50,071 nucleotides of DNA. Origin: a virus. Its lineage: Duplodnaviria > Caudoviricetes. The translations under genes were made by a program, and so were the position numbers. Location: IMG/VR virus record IMGVR_UViG_3300028920_000008, positions 1-50,071 of that record; one strand, given 5' to 3'. Positions 27,531-38,000 of this stretch are shown here, in pieces. The notes under the pieces are model-generated. The model ran no database searches. It worked only from the letters and a program-made list of their open reading frames with translations, and had not been told where the DNA came from. Numbering within the stretch: position 1 is the stretch's first letter; each line of letters starts with the position of its first letter.

Positions 27531-27727
27531 TGGAAAGACTAGAAACATCGATATACTTAGATGAAAGCCTTGACGATGGATGTGTAAGAGTTTCGTTTGA
27601 CGCAAAAACAAAAGAAAGAATGATATTTGTGTCGGCAGATTTGTTTGAAGAAGTTGAGGCGGGCAACATTCCGGATGTTCTGGCGGATGAAATAAAAAAG
27701 GGAAGGAACGGGAAAAGCCCGATATAA
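27530..27727 (+). CDS. Hypothetical protein
   Basis: 65-aa ORF. Confidence 0.55.
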   Translation: MERLETSIYLDESLDDGCVRVSFDAKTKERMIFVSADLFEEVEAGNIPDVLADEIKKGRNGKSPI

Positions 27728-27821
27728 TGTATCACTTGGGGGAAAATTTGAATTTTTGTGGAGATTTTTACCGCAAGATATCTCAGATGATAGCCAAATC
27801 TGGAATGGGCATCTATCTAAA

Positions 27822-28200
27822 CTTTGTGAATTGTTTCACAGAAAACCGTTCAAACCGTTCAAATCGGCTGTACGGTTTAGTTAGGTGCAACTAACTTATA
27901 TATATGTTTGATATATATAGGATTAACAGTTTGTGAATTGTTTCACAGAAAACCGTTCAAAAGATCCGGGAGGTTCAAGGGTATAGTTAGAGAAGCGAAA
28001 AATAACCCATCCTCTTTCCAGAGATTTTTGGCAATCGGGGGAAAAAACTTAACTCGTTATTTTTCAACGACCTTCCAGTTGCCCCCGCTTGATACCGTGA
28101 ACGGTTTAACAGTTTTGTTAACTTGTTTGTTTTCAATGACTATAAACCGTACAAGCGATTTGAACGGTTTGAACGGTTTTCCGTGAAAAGATTCACAAAG
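27822..28200. repeat. Probable replication origin: 58-bp inverted repeats, 32-bp direct repeat, AT-rich spacer
   Basis: 27822-27879 versus reverse complement of 28143-28200 (53/58); 27930-27961 repeats 27823-27854; AACCGTTCA iterons; just downstream of the primase-helicase. Confidence 0.75.
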
Positions 28201-28307
28201 TCGGGCGGGTTCGGCGCTCAACTAGAGAATCCGCGTTCAATATGCGTTGTTAACTGACTTGTTAACATAGATGGGGTTTTGATGAACAAACCAAAGGAAA
28301 GGTTGAG

Positions 28308-28547
28308 ATGTTGAAACCTATCATTAGATGGGGAGTTATGTGGAGTCACAAGAATAGAAAGGATGGTGCTTGCAAGCATATTATTTGCGAGAACGGGATA
28401 CCGCCGTTGTTTAGAACGCGAAAAGAGGCCAGAGAATTTATAGCCAAAACCTACGGTTACATAAAAGATAGTCCGACATTAAGAAAAGAACCTCACGGAT
28501 GGCGTATGCCCGTTCCTATTAGGGTAGAGATAAGACGCTGGTCTTAA
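28308..28547 (+). CDS. Hypothetical protein
   Basis: LFRTRKEAREFI...P.RVEI. Confidence 0.65.
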   Translation: MLKPIIRWGVMWSHKNRKDGACKHIICENGIPPLFRTRKEAREFIAKTYGYIKDSPTLRKEPHGWRMPVPIRVEIRRWS

Positions 28548-28582
28548 TGACCGCGCCCACCCGTGGATGAAAGGAGAGAACG

Positions 28583-28960
28583 ATGGACGCAGTAAACGCT
28601 GCTGGCTTCTACAACAGGGAAACTATCGAGTCTTTGCGCGAGCTTCACCCGAGCGCTGTGAACGTAACATGCTTGATCGACTCGCATGAAGCTATTCGCG
28701 CCGAGCTTGAAGCGCGTGGAAGGGATCTGGATGAGTCTGAAATTGATATAGTCAATATCCGTGCCAAGCTCAAGGCGAAGGACAAACAACTCAAGCGGGC
28801 GATTGAGATTGCAAGGGAGGCGCTTAGCCCGAGGCCAGAATGTGAACACGACAACGTTGGTATATGTTCTGCTTGCCGCTCTCTGTTTTCGTGGGGAGAA
28901 AGAACACGAGATAGAAAGCTATCCGAACTCGACGAGATGGAAAAGGACGGTGGAATATGA
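28583..28960 (+). CDS. Modular paralog 1
   Basis: IRAKLKAKDKQLKRAIEIAR...SELDEMEKDGG. Confidence 0.7.
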   Translation: MDAVNAAGFYNRETIESLRELHPSAVNVTCLIDSHEAIRAELEARGRDLDESEIDIVNIRAKLKAKDKQLKRAIEIAREALSPRPECEHDNVGICSACRSLFSWGERTRDRKLSELDEMEKDGGI

Positions 28961-29175
28961 CCACGGGGCTGTGTCCGCGAAAGCGGTGGGCATGGGAGTT
29001 GCCGGTTCGCAAAGTACACGCGGGCGAAGTCAAACGCAAGCGTTGGTGATTGAGGCAACACACAGCACGGGCGCGGGGATTGTCCGAGTGCAACGGGCAG
29101 CGCAGAGACATTTGCACCCGCAGTGATGCGCGATTCACAGAAGCGCACCCGCGCCCACCCGTGATGAAAGGAGAG

Positions 29176-29511
29176 ATGATGAGCGAACGGACTCAAGAGC
29201 AAAAACAGTACGATTGTCCGACGTGCCAACGCGCAGACGCCGCAATCGCTATTTCGTCTGCGTGCAGCCTGTCGGTCACAGATGCGGCGATTCTGTTGCG
29301 CGATCTAGGTGGGTGGGCTGACCTTGAGCGCGAAATATCCACACTCCGCGCCAAGCTCGAAGCGAAGGACAAATATCTCAAGCGGACGATTGAGATTGCG
29401 AGAGTTGGCCTGGAAAAGTGGGCAGAAGAAACAAGTGTTTACGAACACGGGCTTGCGGCGGCAAAAATGCAATCCGAACTCGACGCGATGGAAAATGGCG
29501 GTGGAGAATGA
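29176..29511 (+). CDS. Modular paralog 2
   Basis: AAAGGAG RBS; LRAKLEAKDKYLKRTIEIAR...SELDAMENGGGE. Confidence 0.7.
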   Translation: MMSERTQEQKQYDCPTCQRADAAIAISSACSLSVTDAAILLRDLGGWADLEREISTLRAKLEAKDKYLKRTIEIARVGLEKWAEETSVYEHGLAAAKMQSELDAMENGGGE

Positions 29512-29993
29512 AAACACCAAAAGAGCTTGAATGCGCCATTAGGCAATATAGACACAATGACGATAATACAAAACTATTGCCAGGAGATGTCGGGCAATTT
29601 GTTATTGGGCTTGACCACGATAAGACTGTCGTGGTGTTCAACACCATCTACGCCAAGCTCGAAGCGTGCGAGAATGAGCTTGCCGAAATGGATGCGAGTT
29701 TTGAGCTTTACGACCAATCAATACGAGAGCTAACGACGTTCTATCACAAGGAACACCCAAAAGAAAAAGAGGAGCGGCGGTACCCTAGAACATCGAAGTT
29801 GGTCGCATGGGCGGTGGCGATAATAGAGCGAGAGCGCAAAGACAAGCGACTGGCAATTGAGATTGCAAAGAAACTAGTTGGACATATTCGGAAGATACCC
29901 GTTGGAATTTCAACTGTTGAGTTTTCGGACTTCAATGAAGTAAACAGACTGCGGGATCAACTCGACGCAATGGAAAAGGACGGTGGAGAATGA
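29508..29993 (+). CDS. Modular paralog 3
   Basis: ATGA overlap; YAKLEA...KDKRLAIEIAK...QLDAMEKDGGE. Confidence 0.7.
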   Translation: MKTPKELECAIRQYRHNDDNTKLLPGDVGQFVIGLDHDKTVVVFNTIYAKLEACENELAEMDASFELYDQSIRELTTFYHKEHPKEKEERRYPRTSKLVAWAVAIIERERKDKRLAIEIAKKLVGHIRKIPVGISTVEFSDFNEVNRLRDQLDAMEKDGGE

Positions 29994-30292
29994 GCATACC
30001 AAAACAAAGTGATTTTTTTGGCATCCCTGTTTTTGTCAGCGAATATGTGGACAATGTTTATCTTATTGCAAAGAACATAGAGCAAATTGACGCTATCAGT
30101 GCGAGCCTGAACGTAGAAAATGAAAATGCCAAACTCCGCGCCAAGCTAGATGCGAGGGACAAGTTCCTCAAGCGGGCGATTGAGATTGCTAGGTGGCGCG
30201 GTGAAGCCATTCCGATAGAAGCGTTTGAAAGTAGCCGAATCAGGCGAGAGAACTTCGAACTTGATAACATGGAAAAGGAGCTGTCAAAATGA
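29990..30292 (+). CDS. Modular paralog 4
   Basis: LRAKLDARDKFLKRAIEIAR...ELDNMEKE. Confidence 0.7.
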   Translation: MSIPKQSDFFGIPVFVSEYVDNVYLIAKNIEQIDAISASLNVENENAKLRAKLDARDKFLKRAIEIARWRGEAIPIEAFESSRIRRENFELDNMEKELSK

Positions 30293-31140
30293 ACGAGCAA
30301 AATATAAATGTTTTCATCCCAAAACAATACAATGTTTTGTTGCGCAGCCCGCTAAACGACACGGAAAGCGTTTTTAGAAACAGGCACGATGCGATGTTCG
30401 GGCGACTACGAGACATCAACTTTGACAGCGCATCGTTGCGTTACGAGTATGCGCTTTTCTGGCGTGTTACTGGTACATATCGGCGCTTTATGCGAGACAA
30501 CGGCTACACAGAAGAGCTTTTACTACACGATGAAAACGGCGACGTATTGCTTTTTTACAAGTGCCCGCTTTTAAATTTTTTACATCCAGAGGCCGAGCAG
30601 TATATTGTGCGATTTTTGTCAACGCACGCAATTGGCTTGCATTACAGGACAAATCCGTTTCCACAGCCTGTTGACGGCATTTTGATAGACGAGCCAGTAT
30701 ATCACGCAGGCTACAACGTGGCATCGGTAGAGAGAGCCGTAGAGGTTAGCAGCCCGCAACAATATCAAGATGCATCTAGTGCTATTTGGTCAAAAGTGGC
30801 ATCGCGCTGTGGATTTGATATTGTAGTCAATGGCTCAAGCTCATTTGATTATTGTACAAACTATGGCATACAAAGCGCGGTGAACGCATCTACTGCGTGC
30901 ATGATTGAGGTGGCATTAGAATACGGCAAAACCGATAAGCATTTTGAATCAATGATAGATACGATACCGCAAGACACGCTTAAATTTTTTGGCTTGATTG
31001 GTGGCAACGCAGCATGGGCGCGGTCTGTTGTTGATTACTACATCACTAACGTGCAAAATGTTTTCTGGATGCATAGGCTTGCATATAATTATAGGGACGC
31101 TAGGCCAATATACAGTTGGGGCCACAATCCGCTTCTTTAA
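30289..31140 (+). CDS. Putative glycoside-hydrolase-like TIM-barrel protein
   Basis: LLLHDENG...LNFLHPEAEQY...VDGILIDE...IVVNG...MIE pattern. Confidence 0.45.
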   Translation: MNEQNINVFIPKQYNVLLRSPLNDTESVFRNRHDAMFGRLRDINFDSASLRYEYALFWRVTGTYRRFMRDNGYTEELLLHDENGDVLLFYKCPLLNFLHPEAEQYIVRFLSTHAIGLHYRTNPFPQPVDGILIDEPVYHAGYNVASVERAVEVSSPQQYQDASSAIWSKVASRCGFDIVVNGSSSFDYCTNYGIQSAVNASTACMIEVALEYGKTDKHFESMIDTIPQDTLKFFGLIGGNAAWARSVVDYYITNVQNVFWMHRLAYNYRDARPIYSWGHNPLL

Positions 31141-31158
31141 CACGATAGCACAAGGAGG

Positions 31159-31374
31159 ATGTGCAAAATGAACAATTCGTTGCTTTGGTATCTTGGTGCT
31201 TTCGCTGAAATCTTGATGTTTCTGATGTTCTTTTTTGCTATGGCTGTTATGTTTCTTGAGGTTATTGCTTCAATTGGCGCAGACAACACAAACAAGATAG
31301 CCAGCCCAACAAAGAATCTTTATATTCGCGGATACATATGCACGCTTATTGTTGCGATGTGGTTACTGCGATGA
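31159..31374 (+). CDS. Small membrane protein
   Basis: Two hydrophobic segments; AAGGAGG RBS. Confidence 0.55.
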   Translation: MCKMNNSLLWYLGAFAEILMFLMFFFAMAVMFLEVIASIGADNTNKIASPTKNLYIRGYICTLIVAMWLLR

Positions 31375-31407
31375 TCGACAACGAAAAGAACGGAGGCAAA
31401 AAATACA

Positions 31408-31911
31408 ATGAAGATAAAGCATGATACAATTCCACAGCCATCATATCTATGCGGCCCAATGTCTGGGATAGAAGATTACAACTATCCAGTGTTTAACGAG
31501 GCAGAGGATAGTCTGAGGGGAGCTGGATTTAGTATATTAAATCCGACGCTTGGATTTTCTTCTCCCCCAGTTTTGGTCACAGATCAAAAAGAGCAGGAAT
31601 TTTTTGCGAGAAGCATAAGGCTGATGGTTAATAGGGCATCTTCTGTGATTGTGCTTCCAGGATATGACAAAAGCTATAACGCTGGAAATGAAATAGCGAT
31701 AGCAAGATCTATGGGGCTTCCAATATACAAGTATCCAACACTTGAGCCACTCGAAGGATTTGGATGTATCTTGCTTGACGCAAGGTTTCTTGCGATGAGG
31801 CCAGAACATAGCGCCAACGAAATCAAAAAGAAAAGTCTTGTTTATGAGTTTTGCATTGATGTACTTATAAGGACAAGGCAAGTACAGACGGAGTATGGTA
31901 GCGATGAATAA
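31408..31911 (+). CDS. DUF4406/nucleoside 2-deoxyribosyltransferase-like protein
   Basis: YLCGPMSG..DYNYPVF...G..ILNP...VLPGY..S..A..E..IA..MGLPI. Confidence 0.8.
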   Translation: MKIKHDTIPQPSYLCGPMSGIEDYNYPVFNEAEDSLRGAGFSILNPTLGFSSPPVLVTDQKEQEFFARSIRLMVNRASSVIVLPGYDKSYNAGNEIAIARSMGLPIYKYPTLEPLEGFGCILLDARFLAMRPEHSANEIKKKSLVYEFCIDVLIRTRQVQTEYGSDE

Positions 31912-32674
31912 AACGGTAGATGCATGTATTAATTTTGTAAATTACATCAGGAGGATTGAAATGCAATCGACAAAAAAAGCAATCCATCGAAAAATAAATC
32001 AACCAAGCAGATACTCAAGTGCGTTAGATCTTGACACCGACATACAACATCTAATTGTAGCACTACAGAGATCTGTTGAAAAATGGAGATTGATATTAGA
32101 TGATTGCGGAAAAGACAGAGGAGCAGATGATTGTGCGTTGTGTCAGATATTTAACATCAGACAATCAGTATTTTCAAATGAAGAATGTGTTGGATGCCCT
32201 GTTTTTATCGCCACTGACAAAAAATTCTGTGAAAAAACTCCATACGCCGAATGGGTAGAACATCAAAGAATTACGCACAAATCTCCACTCCGTGAATTTA
32301 GAAAGATCGAGTGCGATGAATGTAGGAAAATCGCAGAGAGAGAAAAATCTTTCCTAAACGGGCTTTTAGAAATGTTTGTGCGAGGTATCGGGGTCGGAAG
32401 GGATACGCAGACAGCCAATAATAAGCAAAAACAAACGACAATAACAAAAATAACAGTATCTCCAGGTGATGTTGTTCTATGTGTTACTGGAAGGAGATAT
32501 GTGATAAGGTCTAAGGCGAGATTCAAAACATCAAACAAGGATCTAATTCCTGTTGTGTTTATTGGTGACAGCAGCAAAGAAAGTGCGACAGAGATACATC
32601 CCGATGCCATCTTGCGCAAGATTGGCATAGAATGTGAGGGGGCAGGCGTAAAGTTTGTCTATGTAGAAGAATGA
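31895..32674 (+). CDS. Cys-rich hypothetical protein
   Basis: SVEKW...CALC...CVGCP...C motif. Confidence 0.65.
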   Translation: MVAMNKTVDACINFVNYIRRIEMQSTKKAIHRKINQPSRYSSALDLDTDIQHLIVALQRSVEKWRLILDDCGKDRGADDCALCQIFNIRQSVFSNEECVGCPVFIATDKKFCEKTPYAEWVEHQRITHKSPLREFRKIECDECRKIAEREKSFLNGLLEMFVRGIGVGRDTQTANNKQKQTTITKITVSPGDVVLCVTGRRYVIRSKARFKTSNKDLIPVVFIGDSSKESATEIHPDAILRKIGIECEGAGVKFVYVEE

Positions 32675-32994
32675 ACAAAGATCATGCGATAAGAATATAT
32701 TGCACGCTGATTGCGACCACTATAAAGTTTGCAAGAGCCGTGCCACAAGGTATGATACCAGAGGCAATCGAATTCATAACCGGAGAGGGAGATAATGCTC
32801 CGCTTCTTCCAGTTGGCCTCCAGCCGTATAGGGAAAATCTTGAGTTATTGCGAAACATATTAAAGCTATCTGAATATATGGAAAAGATAGAGATTGAAGA
32901 TCAGGCTTTATTTAAAAACATTATAGCCGAGATTGGGCAGATGTCAGAAGATGAATTCATAGAATACTATAAAAAAAGAAAGCAGGCCAAATAG
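32671..32994 (+). CDS. Hypothetical protein
   Basis: ATGA overlap. Confidence 0.6.
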   Translation: MNKDHAIRIYCTLIATTIKFARAVPQGMIPEAIEFITGEGDNAPLLPVGLQPYRENLELLRNILKLSEYMEKIEIEDQALFKNIIAEIGQMSEDEFIEYYKKRKQAK

Positions 32995-33066
32995 ACGCTT
33001 GGCGACTATCGTCCTGCTTTCGTGTGCCGAGCAAGCACGGTGTAAATTTAGCAAAAACAAAAACGA

Positions 33067-33837
33067 TTGTCAAGGAGAATTTTATTGCCGTTTAGAAAAA
33101 TTGATTCAGATTTCTCTGAAGAAATCTTTTATCGCGAAAAAAACTGCATTATTATACGGGGAGACTGCAAAGAGGTTGTAAAGAAACTATCCGGTATAGT
33201 TAAAATTGATTTGATATTAACAGACCCGCCATACGAGTTTCAACCAAAGGGCGGCGGTGTATTTAAGGATGACTCAAACATGCAAGAAACGCTTGATGCT
33301 GGAACGCATGAGTTTGATTTCGAGTCCCATATCCCGCCAATAATAGAGTCGATGCGCAAAACAACTGGAATGGTGAATGCGTATTTCTTTTGCAATAAAG
33401 CGTTGGTGTATAAGTATATATCGCTGGCAGAAAAACTTGGGTTGACATATGATTTGTTGATACTAAGAAAGAAAAGATTCAGACCGGCGCACAACGTACA
33501 CTACGCACCGGATCTTGAGTATGTGATATTTATGAAATCGCCTGGCGCTAAATTTAACGGAGACATAAAAGGATGGGATGGTCTGTATTCAAAGGTGTAC
33601 GACCAAGAGGTTGAGATAAAAAATCAAATGCACCCAAATCAAAAGCCTCTTGGGATTTTAAAAAAATATATATCTATTAGCACAGAACCTGGCGATGTTG
33701 TCATTGATCCATTTTGTGGTTCTGGTCAGACTATGCTCGCCGCCAGAGAGCTTGATAGATTTTCTATTGGAGTAGAGAAGAATTCCATGTTTGCAGATGT
33801 CGCAAGAACAGTCCTTTCACAGATGTCGCTGTTTTAA
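33067..33837 (+). CDS. DNA N6-adenine/N4-cytosine methyltransferase, beta class
   Basis: DLILTDPPY precedes HPNQKP and DPFCGSG. Confidence 0.92.
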   Translation: MSRRILLPFRKIDSDFSEEIFYREKNCIIIRGDCKEVVKKLSGIVKIDLILTDPPYEFQPKGGGVFKDDSNMQETLDAGTHEFDFESHIPPIIESMRKTTGMVNAYFFCNKALVYKYISLAEKLGLTYDLLILRKKRFRPAHNVHYAPDLEYVIFMKSPGAKFNGDIKGWDGLYSKVYDQEVEIKNQMHPNQKPLGILKKYISISTEPGDVVIDPFCGSGQTMLAARELDRFSIGVEKNSMFADVARTVLSQMSLF

Positions 33838-33864
33838 CATTGACCACAACAGATAGGAGATACA

Positions 33865-34302
33865 ATGCCGGTGCTTGAAGCGCAATATCTTGTAGATCAG
33901 TTTCATCGTTCAATGAATCATCCTGTTGGCGACTACACAGAGCCAAGAATGATAGACAGAAAAAGAATGGAGCAAAGAGCGAAGTGGATATGCGAGGAAG
34001 CAATAGAGGCCGTGTCTGCATCAAATCTTGTAGATCAAGCAGATGCCATGATAGACGCAATATATTTCTGTCTTGGAACGCTGGTAGAGATGGGAGTTGA
34101 CGCATCCCCAATAATGGAGATAGTACATATGCACAACATGAAAAAAGTTGCAGCAGGAAAGGATGCGAATTCCAAACAGAACAAGCCAGAAGATTGGGAG
34201 GGGCCAGAAAATGACATCTGGAAATATATATCATCTGTAAGAAAAGCAAAAAACAGAGTGGAAACAGCGTATAGGCCAAGCGAGGAAAAACTAAAATCGT
34301 AA
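33865..34302 (+). CDS. MazG-like all-alpha NTP pyrophosphohydrolase
   Basis: EEAIE...DQADAMIDAIY...G...VHMHNMKK...KPEDW. Confidence 0.85.
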   Translation: MPVLEAQYLVDQFHRSMNHPVGDYTEPRMIDRKRMEQRAKWICEEAIEAVSASNLVDQADAMIDAIYFCLGTLVEMGVDASPIMEIVHMHNMKKVAAGKDANSKQNKPEDWEGPENDIWKYISSVRKAKNRVETAYRPSEEKLKS

Positions 34303-34429
34303 CTCGTTTAGTTTCAACAGCTTGCTCAAAATTCAAATATAAGCGCGTAAAATATTAGTGCCCTACCAACGAATCAAGGTGGTCTATTATGCGTGCTTAT
34401 ATTCGCTTATAAAGAGGAGGATTTGGGCC

Positions 34430-35074
34430 GTGAAAACGATCGGAATTGACATTGGCAGAGCAAACACGGGATTGGTAATTTTTGACAATGATGAAAAGTC
34501 CATCGTTGCAAATGCCACAATTCAATTACCAATAGCGAAGGTTCGCAAGGTTTCTCCGTTTAATGCGACTTCGCACAGGCTTTATTTTCTACAGCAGAAT
34601 CTGAAAACTTTTATACTTGGCCCTGGTGGATTCAAGAAGGGCGATAAGGCTCTCGCGGTTATTGAGGACTATGCCTATGGCGATCAAAGGATGACGCTTG
34701 AGCAATTCAGAAAAATGGACAAAATGTCACTGGAGGTGGGTGAAGCCCACGGGATTGTGTATGCAGCACTAGCAGAGATTGGAATACCGATGATTAAGGT
34801 GGCCCCATCTCAAATGAAATATTTTATTGCCGGCGATGGCCAATGTGAAAAAACACAGATAATCAAAACAATGCACAAAACATATAGGGTTCCGCTTGAC
34901 GATGACCATCAATATGATGCACTTGCCCTGTGTCACATGGGGAGATATTATATCATATTTTGCTCAAGCCCAGGAGTAATAAAAGAGGGCACGTACGAAT
35001 ACAACACAATGATCAACATCGCATTTGACATGAGACACGCGGCGGTATCTAAAATATTCGGGCTAAAGCTGTAG
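34430..35074 (+). CDS. RuvC-like Holliday junction resolvase
   Basis: IGIDIGRANTG, VIEDY, EAHG, PSQMK, DHQYDALAL; GTG start after GAGGAGG. Confidence 0.85.
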   Translation: MKTIGIDIGRANTGLVIFDNDEKSIVANATIQLPIAKVRKVSPFNATSHRLYFLQQNLKTFILGPGGFKKGDKALAVIEDYAYGDQRMTLEQFRKMDKMSLEVGEAHGIVYAALAEIGIPMIKVAPSQMKYFIAGDGQCEKTQIIKTMHKTYRVPLDDDHQYDALALCHMGRYYIIFCSSPGVIKEGTYEYNTMINIAFDMRHAAVSKIFGLKL

Positions 35075-38000
35075 AAAGTTTCCCAGGACAGTCTTTAGTC
35101 CATCCGACAAGGAAAGCAGGCTTTTTGGATTTGTCACATAAAACATGTTGCCATCAAGTCCTTCAAACTCAGATGTTACTTTTACGATTGCGCCTGGACG
35201 CAAGCGAGGATCGAACGGTACTGTTTTTGAAAATCTAATTCTTTCTTTACCCCAGAAGTCGTGTAGCATCATGGCTGTTCTGTTTGCGATTGCATCCACT
35301 TGTATTAGATCGTTATCAACTAGAAGTGTTTTTGCATCTGCGTGGAGATATCCGTCGTTTCTTCTTTCCGCCTTAATGTCGAGTTGTTTATTTACAGGGT
35401 ATCCAGTTACCTGCATTTCAAGAAATCTCTTGTATTTGACCCCAAAATTGCTATAAATAACATCTACACCAAAGGCAGATATATCTGCTCTGTCAATTTT
35501 ACAGGCATGGTATTCCTTGACATTAAAACTCATTGACGAGTCATACCCATCTTTTCCAGAGACTCCGTGGGCTGCGAACATCGGATTCCCAGCGAGATCG
35601 CTTGGCGTTAGTAAGACATAGATTATCTTGCTTGGAAAAACAGACCCAAGATGGTTCTTTGGCCCAAGCGGATCATACGAATCATCTTCTATTAAAACTC
35701 CATTTGCGTCTACATAAAATCTTTTTTCTTCTGATTCGTATGCTATATATTGCGCTTGGCTTTCTCCGAAGGCATTGTTCATATGCTTTAAGTAAAAGTG
35801 ATCTGATGTTTTGACGTCACTTGCCGATGTTGGTGCAGTCCCTACGCAATTTCCAGACATATCTGGATAATCTGCGCTTGTCGCCAATCTCCACTCTTTG
35901 TAGCAGCTTGGATGTAGCATAACATGATATGAATCATCAGCAAATCCAACAGAAGCATTTACTCTGTAAAACAAAGGAACATCATGGGTTGATAGATAAT
36001 TTGCGGTGCCGGATGCTATTTTGTCAGAAGAAAGACCTTTGCCAGTCCTTACAATGTATCCTGTCGTTCCGGTGACAAAAGGATCTTTGAATTCAAAATC
36101 AAACTTTGATGAGTTTTCGCTATTCGCGTCTCGCAAATCCCATGTCTTTGTTTTTTCGTTCCAGTCGTACATAGAAGATGCTTCAGCTTTTTGCTGGTGC
36201 ATATTTTCTGATTCTATTCCAAGCAGTATGCCAGGATATAGGTCAAACCTTTTGTTTATTCTTGCAGGCGCATCTGTTGGTGACAGCTTTGTGCCTTTTA
36301 CAATTGTTCTTAGATATGTTGTGTGATCTCCAAATTCTGATTGTTCTTCTACTATATCATCTATGTCCGTAAGAGTTAGAAGGTCTGTCTTGCTGTCAAA
36401 CCAAGAAACAATTACAACATTATCAATTGAATCAAGTATTGCGCTTCCAGATATGTCAAAGTCAACGTAAAACCTTCCACCAGAATATGTTATTTGATAA
36501 TCATCAGACGCGCCCCTGTCATATTCTACTGTTAGATCTGAGTTTCTTACCCTTATCGATGTATCATCGCCTGCGTCAATGCTGCTAAATCCGGATGAAA
36601 TATTTGGATTTAGCGAGTCTACGATGTCCACGCTTTTAAGCTCCTGCTTTGTGCGTTTCATCTGCACAACACCAATCGCAACAGATGGTGATGTGTCTAT
36701 CGCGCCCATAACCCAACTGGAAGAAGAAATAGCTGTTATACTAGATCCGTTTGTGATTCCACTCTGATATGTAATAAACCTATTGTTCGAATTTGATACT
36801 ATTTTTGCGAGTATCCTGTATTGCAAATAGGTTCCTGTCGATGCACACCTTATTATAAGGCCATAGTTTTTATCTGCATATACTTTGTGCGATGCTGACG
36901 ACAGATCAAACGACATCCAATAATAATCAGAGTCGTACGTGCTTCCACTTATAAGCTTTGTTGCCCGCGCAACAGATATATACATTGTATCAGAAATAAG
37001 CGTTTGTATATCAGCAGATGTTGGTGGAGAAACAGGCTTATTGCCATCGGTACTCATATAGTCAACTTCGCCTGTTGTTTCATCTGCTATATAAATGTCA
37101 ACATCTATTGGAATGTCAGACCCGCCTGGCACCGTTCCGCTTTTTAATATCTTGACTGGTATCCTGAAACTTTCAAGATAGCCATCAAATTTAGGAGTAA
37201 ACTGGAAAGACGTAAGACAGTCATTACTGCTAACATAGTCATAAGATAGCCTTAAGCCATAAATTCCACCGTCTGTTTTTTCTCCGAGATCTTCTGATAC
37301 TTCAGAATAATCGTTTATTACGTGCCTGACTGGTATCTCTTGTGTTTCTATAAATTTCAGCCTTTCAATCATGCCGGCTTCATTTATAAAATAGTTTCTG
37401 TCGCTGGCAGATGCAAGCTTTCCAAGCCCATTGTCGTCGAGTCTGGATTCTGCATCTGCTTGATAGAACATAACAGATCTGTAAAAATCATAACTTGCTG
37501 TCACTTCAAGTGGATCAAGAGATGCATATGCTTGCCTGAGTATAAGCTCTCCTGTTTTTAGATTTAACGCCCATCCCATAGTAACATAATGTTCTCCATC
37601 AACATATTCTCCCAAATATTTAGCAACATCATAACTGATTGGGTTTCCACCTATCATTATGTTTGGCTCTGGATTTGAAAGAAAGTCGTTTCTTTCTTCA
37701 TGCTGATAGTGGCAAATATTGAATCCGCCCAACTGGAAAACACAATTGTATTTTTCCTTTATGCCATCTGCTGCTTCGCTTTCATTTGTATAGTTGTATA
37801 CGCCGCCATCATAATAATTTCCGGCTGCATATATTCCATTAAGTATAAATTGCATAGAATAAAACCATTCTGACAACATAGCAGATCCATACGATGCTAT
37901 AGAAAAATCACCAGAATATGACCTTTCTAGCAATCCTAAATACCTTGATTGCAAGACACCAGATGACCACGTAGACCAGTGGACAAACATAAGAGAGTCA

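Noticed and set aside
27908-28186. 92-aa ORF
   Set aside because: Lies within the repeat-rich origin and lacks an RBS
28551-30292. CRISPR array or diversity-generating retroelement
   Set aside because: Repeats are coding, degenerate and irregularly spaced; no reverse transcriptase or adenine-specific TR/VR pair seen
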